Shown here: in pieces, positions 36,445-45,305 of the stretch
How positions within the stretch are numbered: the stretch's first letter is position 1
Layout of the letters: every line of letters starts with the position of its first letter
Source of the DNA: a virus
Length of the DNA stretch: 64,000 nt
Direction: 5' to 3' (one strand)
IMG/VR virus record: IMGVR_UViG_3300045988_062793
Notes under the pieces: model-generated
Told to the model about the DNA's origin: nothing
Seen by the model: only the letters and a program-made list of their open reading frames with translations
Databases searched by the model: none
Translations under genes and position numbers: made by a program

Positions 36445-37139
36445 TGGCTGCTGAAACAATTGCTATCGTAGGTGAATCAGGTACTGGAAAGAGTACAAGT
36501 TTAAGAAATCTTAATCCCGAAGAGACTTTTATTATAAGTACTACGGGTAAACCGCTCCCCTTTAGAGCATGGAAAAAGAAGTATATCCCTATTAAAATAG
36601 AGGGAAAGAACGTAAGTGGTAACTATTACGTTAGTTCCAAATGGGATCAAATTCTGAAAATTCTTCAAATTATTGACAAGATGATGCCTCAAATTAAACA
36701 GGTAATTATCGATGACTTCCAATATGTTCTCTCTTATGAGTTCGTTGATAGAGCAACAGAAGTTGGTTATACCAAATTTAGTGAGCTAGCTCAACACGCT
36801 ATGGAAATTCTGAGATATTCAGAAAAGATGAGAGAGGATTGTAAGATGATCTTCTTGACACACTCGGAGAATGTTGGAGACAATGTAAATCCTAAGTTTG
36901 TCATTAAAACTGTTGGAAAGTTGTTGTCTGAAAAGGTAACACTGGAAGGTCTGTTTACTTATATTTTCTTCACTAAGGTAAGTGAGGGAGATTCTGGTAG
37001 AATGGAGTACAAGTTAATCACTAATAATGATGGTACTTGTGTGGCTAAGACATCCTTTGGTATGTTTGAAGACCTAGAGATTGACAATGATTTGAATGAG
37101 ATTATCCATGTTATTGACGCTTATAATGAAGGAGAGTAA
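36444..37139 (+). CDS. Phage P-loop ATPase (AAA_24/Sak4-like), possible recombination or replication accessory
   Basis: N-terminal Walker A IAIVGESGTGKST; about 230 aa. Confidence 0.4.
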   Translation: MAAETIAIVGESGTGKSTSLRNLNPEETFIISTTGKPLPFRAWKKKYIPIKIEGKNVSGNYYVSSKWDQILKILQIIDKMMPQIKQVIIDDFQYVLSYEFVDRATEVGYTKFSELAQHAMEILRYSEKMREDCKMIFLTHSENVGDNVNPKFVIKTVGKLLSEKVTLEGLFTYIFFTKVSEGDSGRMEYKLITNNDGTCVAKTSFGMFEDLEIDNDLNEIIHVIDAYNEGE

Positions 37140-37720
37140 TGAAGTTAGACATACTGTTTCACTACGAGGTGAATGAACAAACTGGTGAAATCACCTATAT
37201 TGGGAAAGAAGAAATTTCTGTTGACACTAAGGCAACGAAAAGTGCTACCAAGACATCTACTAAGGCTTCTGCAGCCAAGGTAGATGCTAATCCAGATCCT
37301 ATTATTACGCTTGATTCCAACAAGTTAATATTAACTCAGGGAGCTGTAGACCTATTACAGGTTTGTGCAGATTGTCGAGTAGACATCAAGTATAAGAAGA
37401 AGGATAAGAAAGCAGTTCCTATTATTGGAACTGATGCCGCTTTTGGAACTAAAAGTGGAAACAAGTTAACAAAGAGTAATACTGTAAGTTATAGAGGTGC
37501 AGCTAATGAAAAGCTCTCAGCTTATGGTACTACCTTTAAACTAGAGCCTACAGAGGATAAAGGAATTTATTATCTAGTAGGAGATAAGATACAGGAAGAA
37601 AACTCTGTACCTGATGAGATAATTGATATTGAGAATGAACTCGATATAGAATCATTAGATAATATAAACATAGACGAAGATGACAAAGACTTAGAAAAAT
37701 TTGATTTTAATTTGAATTAA
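37139..37720 (+). CDS. Hypothetical acidic protein (193 aa)
   Basis: ORF track. Confidence 0.4.
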   Translation: MKLDILFHYEVNEQTGEITYIGKEEISVDTKATKSATKTSTKASAAKVDANPDPIITLDSNKLILTQGAVDLLQVCADCRVDIKYKKKDKKAVPIIGTDAAFGTKSGNKLTKSNTVSYRGAANEKLSAYGTTFKLEPTEDKGIYYLVGDKIQEENSVPDEIIDIENELDIESLDNINIDEDDKDLEKFDFNLN

Positions 37721-37722
37721 TT

Positions 37723-38418
37723 ATGGCATTTAATTTTGGTATATCAGCAGACTCAGCAGTAAGAAACACACGTCGTCCTTTAACTCCTTGGAACATCCAT
37801 GATGTAAAATTCATGGGATGTGAAATCAAAGAATTTGATGGTAAAAAGGATCCAACGGCTCATTATAAAGTTCTAGCAATCAACTTTGAGAACGAAGAGG
37901 GTTACTTCTCTGTAACCCAATTCTTCCCTAAAGCTGGCGATGATGAGAGACGTGAGTTTGATAGTAAGAATGGTGGAAAGGTTATCATGCCTTCCAACTT
38001 CGAGACTTTGATGGCTGTAGTTAAGCAGACTGCACAGGTTCTCAATCCTGCAGGATTTGAAAAGATGCAAGCAGCTAGCTCTAAATTTAAGAGCTTCGAT
38101 GATGTAGCTAAGGCTCTGATTACTATAACTGAAAAAGTTAAAGGTACAGAGACTAAGTTGAAGTTGATTGGTAGAAACCGTGATGGTAAAGTAGTTGCTG
38201 ATATACCTCGTATCGTAGGTATTAACAAACAAGGTGAGTCGTTCATCTCTGATAACTATATTGGTGACAAGCTGTTCTTCTCTGACTATGAGGAGGGAGA
38301 ACGTCAGAAGTATCTGAAAGCTAAGCCTACCGAAATGAAGTCAGAAGACCCGATTGCAGATGTTGCCGGTGTAGATGCTGCACCAGGAAATGACTTCGAT
38401 CTTGACAACTTGCTATAA
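37723..38418 (+). CDS. Hypothetical protein (231 aa), replication module (possible ssDNA-binding protein, not verified)
   Basis: ORF track. Confidence 0.4.
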   Translation: MAFNFGISADSAVRNTRRPLTPWNIHDVKFMGCEIKEFDGKKDPTAHYKVLAINFENEEGYFSVTQFFPKAGDDERREFDSKNGGKVIMPSNFETLMAVVKQTAQVLNPAGFEKMQAASSKFKSFDDVAKALITITEKVKGTETKLKLIGRNRDGKVVADIPRIVGINKQGESFISDNYIGDKLFFSDYEEGERQKYLKAKPTEMKSEDPIADVAGVDAAPGNDFDLDNLL

Positions 38419-38452
38419 TGATTTGTTAGTAGAGTAATTCATAAATTCCTTA

Positions 38453-39472
38453 GTGACTATGTTTGATTATACTTTTGAACCCAAAATTACTAAGGAATTT
38501 CTTCTATCTAAGAACAATGAGGAGACTTACATGACTTATTATCTGGGTATTCCAGTTAAGAAAGGACTGTTCAAGTCTCCTTTGCGTAGTGACAGTCATG
38601 TCACCTGCAGCTTTTTTAGAGGAAAATCTGGAAACTTATATTTTAAGGACTTTGCTTCCGGAAAATGTTTGACATTCGAAGGGGTAGTTATGGAAAAGTA
38701 TAATTGTAACTATCACACTGCTTTAAAGATTATAGCTAAGGACTTTGGATATACTAAGGATTCTCCTGTAAAGAAGATTGCAGTAAAAATCCAGCCGAAA
38801 TTTGAGGAAGAAAAACAAACCTTCATCCAAATAGAAGCTAAGGAGTTCTCAGAACCTGAGTTGAAGTGGTGGGGAAGCTTTGGTATTACTAAAGATATTC
38901 TACATAGGTTTAAGGTATACAGTTGTAGTACTGTATTCTTAAATGGAAATATATATGCACAGTCTGCCCAACATAGTCCTATCTATGGATATTATTTTGG
39001 GAAGAAAGAGAACATCGAGCAATGGCGTATTTATATGCCAAAACGAAAGGAGTTTAGATTCATAGGTAATGTTTCTACTAAGACTATTCAAGGCTATAAA
39101 CAATTAGCTAAGACTGGAAAACTGGTAGTAATAACTAAGTCTATGAAAGATGTAATGTGTTTATATTCTTTAGGAATACCAGCTATAGCTCCCAACTCTG
39201 AGACTCAGTTTGTTTCTGACAAAGTTTTAGAAGAATTAAAGCAGAGATTCAAATACATTGTGTTGCTATATGATAATGACCTAACTGGAGTTCGTTTTAC
39301 TAATAAGATTAGGAAACAACATCCAGAATTAATCGTATCAATGATTCCCAGAAACACAGGAGCTAAGGATATAAGTGATTACTATAGGGACTATGGAAGA
39401 AAAGCTACTCAGGAGTTGATTAAGTTAACTATTGACAAATTTAAAAGAAATGGTATTTTACGTAGTAATTAA
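38453..39472 (+). CDS. DNA primase (Toprim domain)
   Basis: Toprim-like VVITKSMKDVMCLYSLGIPAIAPNSE ... VLLYDNDLTG (E ... DxD); N-terminal Cys/His cluster. Confidence 0.55.
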   Translation: MTMFDYTFEPKITKEFLLSKNNEETYMTYYLGIPVKKGLFKSPLRSDSHVTCSFFRGKSGNLYFKDFASGKCLTFEGVVMEKYNCNYHTALKIIAKDFGYTKDSPVKKIAVKIQPKFEEEKQTFIQIEAKEFSEPELKWWGSFGITKDILHRFKVYSCSTVFLNGNIYAQSAQHSPIYGYYFGKKENIEQWRIYMPKRKEFRFIGNVSTKTIQGYKQLAKTGKLVVITKSMKDVMCLYSLGIPAIAPNSETQFVSDKVLEELKQRFKYIVLLYDNDLTGVRFTNKIRKQHPELIVSMIPRNTGAKDISDYYRDYGRKATQELIKLTIDKFKRNGILRSN

Positions 39473-39626
39473 TGATACTGGAGAAAACTTTATTTCTGGA
39501 GACGAAGAAGCACTAATATCCAAATTTCCTAGACAGACAGTATATAGGTGTGAGCTTCCAGCCGGAGCGTGTGTAAATACACAAGACTTATTGGACTTTA
39601 TAAATGAGCAACTCGTTATTGACTAG
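39432..39626 (+). CDS. Small hypothetical protein (64 aa)
   Basis: ORF track. Confidence 0.35.
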   Translation: MTNLKEMVFYVVINDTGENFISGDEEALISKFPRQTVYRCELPAGACVNTQDLLDFINEQLVID

Positions 39627-39676
39627 AGAAACCCTAGAGATGTAAAGTTAATGAAAAAATAAATAGAATAAACGGA

Positions 39677-40222
39677 ATGAAAAAGTAGACTAATACAAGT
39701 GTTACAGCTACATTTAAAAATGGAGAAAAGAAAACCTTCGAAACTATAGAAGAAGCCTCAGAAGTAACTGGCTTAGAGATAAACTCTATTAAAGCTAGGG
39801 CTAATAAACCTGGCTCTGGAGCTAAATCGAAAGATGGAATTACCTTTGAATGGGCAGATCCTGCAGTTAGAAGAAGTAAGCAAGCGAAGAAAAGTAAACA
39901 AAAAGGTTCTCAATATGAGTTAGAAATAATTCATAAATTGAGAGATGTTGGATATGAAGGATGTGTATCTAGTAGAAGCCAGAACAAACTGGCTGATGCT
40001 GACAAAATAGATATTGTTGATATGAACAATGAACTTCCAGTTAATATCCAAGCCAAGTTTACCCAAAATATGCCAAACTATTTTGACATTAGGGACGCTT
40101 GTAGTGATAAATCTAAACCGTTCTGTATATGTTGGAAGAAGGCAGGAAAGAACGGGGCACCTAGCGTGGGTCAAGTAGCTGTAATACCTATAGAATATTT
40201 TTATGAATTGCTTAAGAAATGA
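39677..40222 (+). CDS. HTH (homing-endonuclease-type DNA-binding motif) plus PD-(D/E)xK nuclease gene whose 4th codon is an in-frame TAG
   Basis: Frame reads MKK[TAG]TNTSVTATFKNGEKKTFETIEEASEVTGLEINSIKARANKPGSGAKSKDGITFEWAD (NUMOD/IENR1-like HTH), then ...DADKIDIVDMNNELPVNIQAKF (D...D...QxK). The ORF track has only the C-terminal part, 39938..40222. Confidence 0.5.
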
Positions 40223-40467
40223 AAAAGTTAATAGTTAAAGGTCCAATTCCTACGATTAAGAACTGTGTAGTTAATGACTTTGATGACGAGTATGCCCTCT
40301 ATTTGAGGACAGCTAAGAAGAATTGGAGAACTGAGGAAGCATTTTCTCTAGAATTTGACTCTACATTATCTGATTTGAAAAAGAGTCACTTTGTCTACGT
40401 GGATAGAGAAGACCTTGAACTTTTAATTAAGAAGCGATTAAATGTTATTGAAGTAATCGAGTTATGA
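40219..40467 (+). CDS. Hypothetical protein (82 aa)
   Basis: ORF track. Confidence 0.4.
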   Translation: MKKLIVKGPIPTIKNCVVNDFDDEYALYLRTAKKNWRTEEAFSLEFDSTLSDLKKSHFVYVDREDLELLIKKRLNVIEVIEL

Positions 40468-40685
40468 ACACATATTTATTTCCATGGCATACAGATGAAG
40501 TCTGTAGAATTGGTAAAGTGGTAGCTAGAAGCTACGAGGATTGTGAAGAAAAAATAAAGAGTATGTATATAAATAAGTACGACGATTTAGATGATCTTCT
40601 GGATTATGATGATTTCTGCGAAGAACTTGCCGATAAACATAGGATATATTTAGGAGAAGTATCTGAGATAAATGAATTTATGTAA
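40464..40685 (+). CDS. Hypothetical acidic protein (73 aa)
   Basis: ORF track. Confidence 0.4.
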   Translation: MNTYLFPWHTDEVCRIGKVVARSYEDCEEKIKSMYINKYDDLDDLLDYDDFCEELADKHRIYLGEVSEINEFM

Positions 40686-41190
40686 TCCATTGAGAATAGC
40701 ACTAGACTTGGATGATACTATCTTTGACTTTTGGGGAGCTTACAAGGCTCTATTTCCAAGGGAATCTGATTTAGTTGAACACGTAATTACACGGAACGTA
40801 GTAAGTCTTCGCTATAATAAGGAGTTTTGGGAAAATTTACCCTTGCTAGAGAAACCAAATTTTGAACCATATATTTATGCCACAAAGAGAATAAACAGTA
40901 AGGTTTATACTAGGAATTGTCTAGCTAAATACAATTTACCCATAAGACCTATTTATCAAATGTATTATCAGCATGGAAATAAGGCTGACTTGATAAAAGG
41001 CAAATGCGATGTATTAATTGATGATAGTATTAGTAATGTACAAATGGCTATCAATTCTGGTCTTCCAGCCCTGTTAATTGACAGACCCCATAATCAGAAT
41101 GGAGACCCATTATTTCGCATTTATAGTTTAGATATTAACGAAATTAGATTTGCATATGAATTAGAATTAGAGACTTTAGGATGGAATTAA
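40672..41190 (+). CDS. HAD-superfamily hydrolase, possible 5'(3')-deoxyribonucleotidase
   Basis: Motif I RIALDLDDTIFDF (DxDxT). Confidence 0.4.
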   Translation: MNLCNPLRIALDLDDTIFDFWGAYKALFPRESDLVEHVITRNVVSLRYNKEFWENLPLLEKPNFEPYIYATKRINSKVYTRNCLAKYNLPIRPIYQMYYQHGNKADLIKGKCDVLIDDSISNVQMAINSGLPALLIDRPHNQNGDPLFRIYSLDINEIRFAYELELETLGWN

Positions 41191-42230
41191 AAGACATCAA
41201 GCTTAGACCTCTGCTAGACACGCTAAGGTTAGAGAAGATAAGTGATAAGGTGTATTTTTCCGAGCAATATAGTGGATATGTAAGTAATTCTCGTTTGGGA
41301 TTAATTAATCCTAGGCAAGATGGAAATCCAGATAAATTTTTCACTGGATTTAAAAATACCTTCTCTTCTGCACTTGAGCTTGGTAGTGCCGTACACGAAC
41401 TCGTGTTACAGCCAGATAGTTTTGAGCTTTCAGAAGACATTGGTAAACCGACTGCTAAGTTGGGAGCGATGGCTAATGAGCTTTATCCAGTTTTCCTTAA
41501 GGGAGATGTAAAATTTGATGATGTGAAGGCTGCTTCAGATAAAGTTGAATATTACAAAGGAAAACTTACCAAAGACCTAGCTAAGTCTGTTATTGAAGCA
41601 TCTACCAATTATTGGAAGAATAGACAGCTTAAAGAATTTGATTTGGCTCAGGATAAGGAAATTATATACCTTGATAATAAGTCACTAGAAATCGTAAAAT
41701 CTTGTGTGGCTGCATTAAATAGCAATAAGCAAGTACAGAAACTTTTACATCCTGAAGGGATAACTAAAACACCTATTTCTGAAAATGAGCAAGCTATTTT
41801 ATTGGACGTGGAAGCTACTTGTCCCAACGGCAAGAAGTTCATTTTGCACTTAAAGTCCAAATTAGATAATTATACCATAGATATGGAGACTAACACTATT
41901 GTAGTGAATGATATAAAAACTATTGGTAAGATTGTCAGTGAAATTGACAATAATATCAAGAAGTTTCATTACAGTAGAGAGTTTGCAATGTATTTATATC
42001 TTCTGAAGCTATGTGCTGAGAAGTTCTATCACCTAAAGAATCCTAAAATCCAAGCTAATTACTTGGTAGTTTCTACTATTCCAAACTTTTATAGTAAGGT
42101 TAGACCGGTTACTTATGGAGAATTACGTGAGGGATTTCATGAGTTTAAAACTCTATTGAAGTATGTAGCATATCAGATAGGTTATAGAGACTATTCTCTG
42201 GATGAACGACCTTCAAAATATCAGCTTTGA
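41181..42230 (+). CDS. Putative PD-(D/E)xK family nuclease (phage exonuclease-like)
   Basis: D...E...VVNDIKT-type motif and a YSREFAMYLY segment; weak assignment. Confidence 0.3.
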   Translation: MELKDIKLRPLLDTLRLEKISDKVYFSEQYSGYVSNSRLGLINPRQDGNPDKFFTGFKNTFSSALELGSAVHELVLQPDSFELSEDIGKPTAKLGAMANELYPVFLKGDVKFDDVKAASDKVEYYKGKLTKDLAKSVIEASTNYWKNRQLKEFDLAQDKEIIYLDNKSLEIVKSCVAALNSNKQVQKLLHPEGITKTPISENEQAILLDVEATCPNGKKFILHLKSKLDNYTIDMETNTIVVNDIKTIGKIVSEIDNNIKKFHYSREFAMYLYLLKLCAEKFYHLKNPKIQANYLVVSTIPNFYSKVRPVTYGELREGFHEFKTLLKYVAYQIGYRDYSLDERPSKYQL

Positions 42231-42552
42231 AAAATTGTCAGCAATTTATAGCAAATACTTTACCTTAAATTACCTAAATAGCAATATGGGAGATAAACTA
42301 GCTTGTATTGCTCTCACTTGTTATATAACTAATGAGTTAAGGAAAAAAGGTCAAAAAGTAACTTGTTATGATGTTCTCCTAAAAGTAGGTAACGACTTTG
42401 GGGAGGTGGAAAAAAATACCTTCCTGAAGTCCCTAGGGGCCATTTGCGAGGATTTAATGTATGGGTGTAATACTTTCCTTGACTTTGGAATAAAGCCCAA
42501 GGATATGCCCAAACAACTCAAAATTTTGCTAGACAATTATGTACCATTTTAA
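42202..42552 (+). CDS. Hypothetical protein (116 aa)
   Basis: ORF track. Confidence 0.4.
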   Translation: MNDLQNISFEKLSAIYSKYFTLNYLNSNMGDKLACIALTCYITNELRKKGQKVTCYDVLLKVGNDFGEVEKNTFLKSLGAICEDLMYGCNTFLDFGIKPKDMPKQLKILLDNYVPF

Positions 42553-42566
42553 TGTTAAAAATTTTT

Positions 42567-43028
42567 ATGATATATCTATTAAGAAACAACAACTTTTTGA
42601 AGATAGGCTTCGCTAAAGATGTCTAGAGGAGAATGAAGTGCTATAATACCTGCGCCTTTGGATATCAATTGTTAGATGTAAGGGATGGAGATAAACAGGT
42701 AGAAAAGCTACTCCATAAGATGTTTAGAAAATACTAGGTAGCTAAGGAATGGTTTGAAGATAACAACTATATTATCTTACACTTTCATGATAGTGTAGAG
42801 AGACTAGTAGAATAGTCTCAAAATATTGCCAAGTAGAGAAAATACATCAGAGTCTGGACCTCAAGGGGCATATTCTATAAGGATTACGATTCCATATAGG
42901 AATGTTCATAGAGTTTAGGTTTTCCGATATAGGATATAAAGAATGCTTTAACTAATAAAAAGACAAAAGTCGGAAATTTTATTATTTAGCATAAGGTGTG
43001 TGACTAGGGTCAATTTAACACCCTTTAA
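42567..43028 (+). CDS. T5orf172/GIY-YIG-superfamily endonuclease-like gene interrupted by 9 in-frame TAG codons (the only stops in the frame before the terminal TAA)
   Basis: Translation MIYLLRNNNFLKIGFAKDV[*]RRMKCYNT...YQLLDVRDGDKQVEKLLHKMFRKY[*]VAKEWFEDNNYIILHFHDSVERLVE[*]SQNIAK[*]RKYIRVWTSRGIFYKDYDSI[*]ECS[*]SLGFPI[*]DIKNALTNKKTKVGNFII[*]HKVCD[*]GQFNTL; N-terminus fits the GIY/KIG...R motif. The region otherwise appears as a 620-nt noncoding gap. Confidence 0.55.
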
Positions 43029-43174
43029 CATAAAATTAACATTTAAAGATTAGGGTTTCCCTAAATTACGAAGTATAATTGATTACATCAGTAAGGGAAA
43101 CGATACTGATTAGATACAGAAAAATAGTTCTAGATTATATGTTAATGATTTATGTTTAAAATTTTTTATTTATT

Positions 43175-43732
43175 ATGAGTACAACGATTTTGAATTTTAA
43201 GAAAGTAGAAGTAGTAGCAGAAAGCAAAGAAGCAGCAATCGCACAAGTAGAAAGCACATTGTTCCACGTAAACGGAGATGCAACACAGGCTTACAAAAAT
43301 TGGAAAGCTAAACAGACTAAGGGTATCACAGAGCGTGATGTAAAAGAGTTCATGCTTGAATATCTTGCAAAGAAAGGTAAGAACTGCCCTGGTGCTGGTT
43401 ATTTGATTACTGTTGAATCGTCTGTTGCTGACACTCGTGAGCGTCCGTATAAGATTGACGATGTTAAGGGTGATGGAAAACGTAAGTTTAAAACATTCTA
43501 CAAGTGGATTGACAAGGAAACTCAGACAGTAGTTTGTCAGGTTGATACTAACAAGGCTGACGCTAAGAATGCAATTAAGGAGCTGTATAAGAGCGGTAAG
43601 TACAAAGGAAATGCTGAGTTAGTAAAGACTAAGGATGTTGTTGAGGGACAAGCTGTAGTAGCAACTGCACAATATACTCCTTCTAAGAACACTAAGAACG
43701 GTACTTGGATTGCTTTCGGTATCGAAGCCTAA
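43175..43732 (+). CDS. Hypothetical protein (185 aa, Lys-rich) followed by a strong terminator; possibly highly expressed
   Basis: ORF track; strong terminator downstream. Confidence 0.5.
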   Translation: MSTTILNFKKVEVVAESKEAAIAQVESTLFHVNGDATQAYKNWKAKQTKGITERDVKEFMLEYLAKKGKNCPGAGYLITVESSVADTRERPYKIDDVKGDGKRKFKTFYKWIDKETQTVVCQVDTNKADAKNAIKELYKSGKYKGNAELVKTKDVVEGQAVVATAQYTPSKNTKNGTWIAFGIEA

Positions 43733-43756
43733 TTTCTTAAAGATATAAGTTTTAAA

Positions 43757-43789
43757 AGGAAGATTACCTTAGGGTGGTCTTCCTTTTTT
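43757..43789 (+). terminator. Rho-independent terminator (stem aggaagat/gtcttcct plus T6)
   Basis: 7-8 bp stem with a 12-nt loop followed by tttttt. Confidence 0.65.
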
Positions 43790-43866
43790 ATTTTGAGATA
43801 AATTTAAGTTTGATAGATATAAAACGTAATTTAATTATGAAAGTGTAACAACTAATTAACGATTAA

Positions 43867-44553
43867 ATGGATAAATGGAAACGGTACACAGGTGAAGAAA
43901 TCCTGTATAATGCTTTGGACGAGAATGGGGTAGTCAGTAATGAACCTATGTTAGAAGATGCAGTAAAACTAGGTATAAGCACATCCTCTAATGGGGAATG
44001 TATACTACTAAAGTTTTATTGGACAGATGGATTTGGATGGTACTTCAAAGATGGAAAAATAACCTTTATATTGCACGAATGCAAAGTAGGGGATTCTGTT
44101 GTGGGTAGGACTATGAGAGGATACAAAACTTGCCTAAAGAAAGCACTTCTTCAAGATATAGGTTATTACTTCAAAATAAAGAACTACCAATATACCAAGT
44201 TTAGTAAAAAATTAAAAGATTTGGCGGAGGAGTTTGGTTATACAGATATCAATAAATTCATTATTGACCACTTTGGGATGTTTTTGATAACAACTCCGAA
44301 GTTTGTATGTCATGCAACTATGACTGAAGATATTAAAAGATTAATTAATACCTTAGAAGATTCAATATCTAAAGCTACAAGTTCCCCAAGTGAGTATTGG
44401 GGAGATAAGACATCTAATATGAAGCAAATTATGCTGGATTTTGATGCAGATGACCTACCGTTTGAGATGATGCCAGACAGAGTAGATTTGGCAGACACTG
44501 GAGAGATACTTAATAGTATATTAAAAGAAGAAATAAATGGAATTGACGATTGA
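43867..44553 (+). CDS. Hypothetical protein (228 aa)
   Basis: ORF track. Confidence 0.45.
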   Translation: MDKWKRYTGEEILYNALDENGVVSNEPMLEDAVKLGISTSSNGECILLKFYWTDGFGWYFKDGKITFILHECKVGDSVVGRTMRGYKTCLKKALLQDIGYYFKIKNYQYTKFSKKLKDLAEEFGYTDINKFIIDHFGMFLITTPKFVCHATMTEDIKRLINTLEDSISKATSSPSEYWGDKTSNMKQIMLDFDADDLPFEMMPDRVDLADTGEILNSILKEEINGIDD

Positions 44554-45304
44554 ACAATTGATGCAGGGAAAGGCAACTAGAATTAAGGATAAGGAGTATT
44601 TTACTACAGAAGCTTATGTGACTCCGTTTATAGACAGAGTATCTAAGATGACTGATAACTTTATCATTAATGCTAAGCCTGCCGACCAAATATCACTTAC
44701 TAAAGACGGGGAGATTAATTTTGACGATGTAATATACAATAGAGTTTGGATTCAAGGAGTTTTACCTGACGAATATGCTTGGGACAATCATAAGAGAGTA
44801 ATCAGTATGATTTATGCTCTAGATACTCGTAAACCATTAGTTAAGTTCTATGTAGGAGCTTTGAATATGGCTTGTCTAAATCTTTGTGTATTTAATCCAG
44901 AAATGTTAAATGTTTCTGAGCTAGAGCCTGAATCTGCTATTAACTATAGCTTTTTGAGAAATGCTATGTCAATGACAGACGAAACTAACTTGATGCTTAA
45001 GAAGCTTTCAGAGATGGAATATAAGAAAGATGATATATACGCTGACCTAGGCCACTGGGTTGATAATTGCATCAATTCTAAAATCAATATGGGATTTGGT
45101 TCTGTAAAATTAGCTGAATCTGCTCCGATTGACGTTTATAAAGATTTATTTTATGATGAAAAATCTAAGTATTATACGACGGACAATGTTGTAGACGGAT
45201 TTACTGTGTATAACGCATTTACTGACCTGATTACCCAAGATAAGAGAGATTTGGTTAATAAATTTGAGAAGACATTGTTAATTAAGGACGTAATGGGTAT
45301 TTAA
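44537..45304 (+). CDS. Hypothetical protein (255 aa)
   Basis: ORF track. Confidence 0.45.
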   Translation: MELTIEQLMQGKATRIKDKEYFTTEAYVTPFIDRVSKMTDNFIINAKPADQISLTKDGEINFDDVIYNRVWIQGVLPDEYAWDNHKRVISMIYALDTRKPLVKFYVGALNMACLNLCVFNPEMLNVSELEPESAINYSFLRNAMSMTDETNLMLKKLSEMEYKKDDIYADLGHWVDNCINSKINMGFGSVKLAESAPIDVYKDLFYDEKSKYYTTDNVVDGFTVYNAFTDLITQDKRDLVNKFEKTLLIKDVMGI

Positions 45305-45305
45305 T

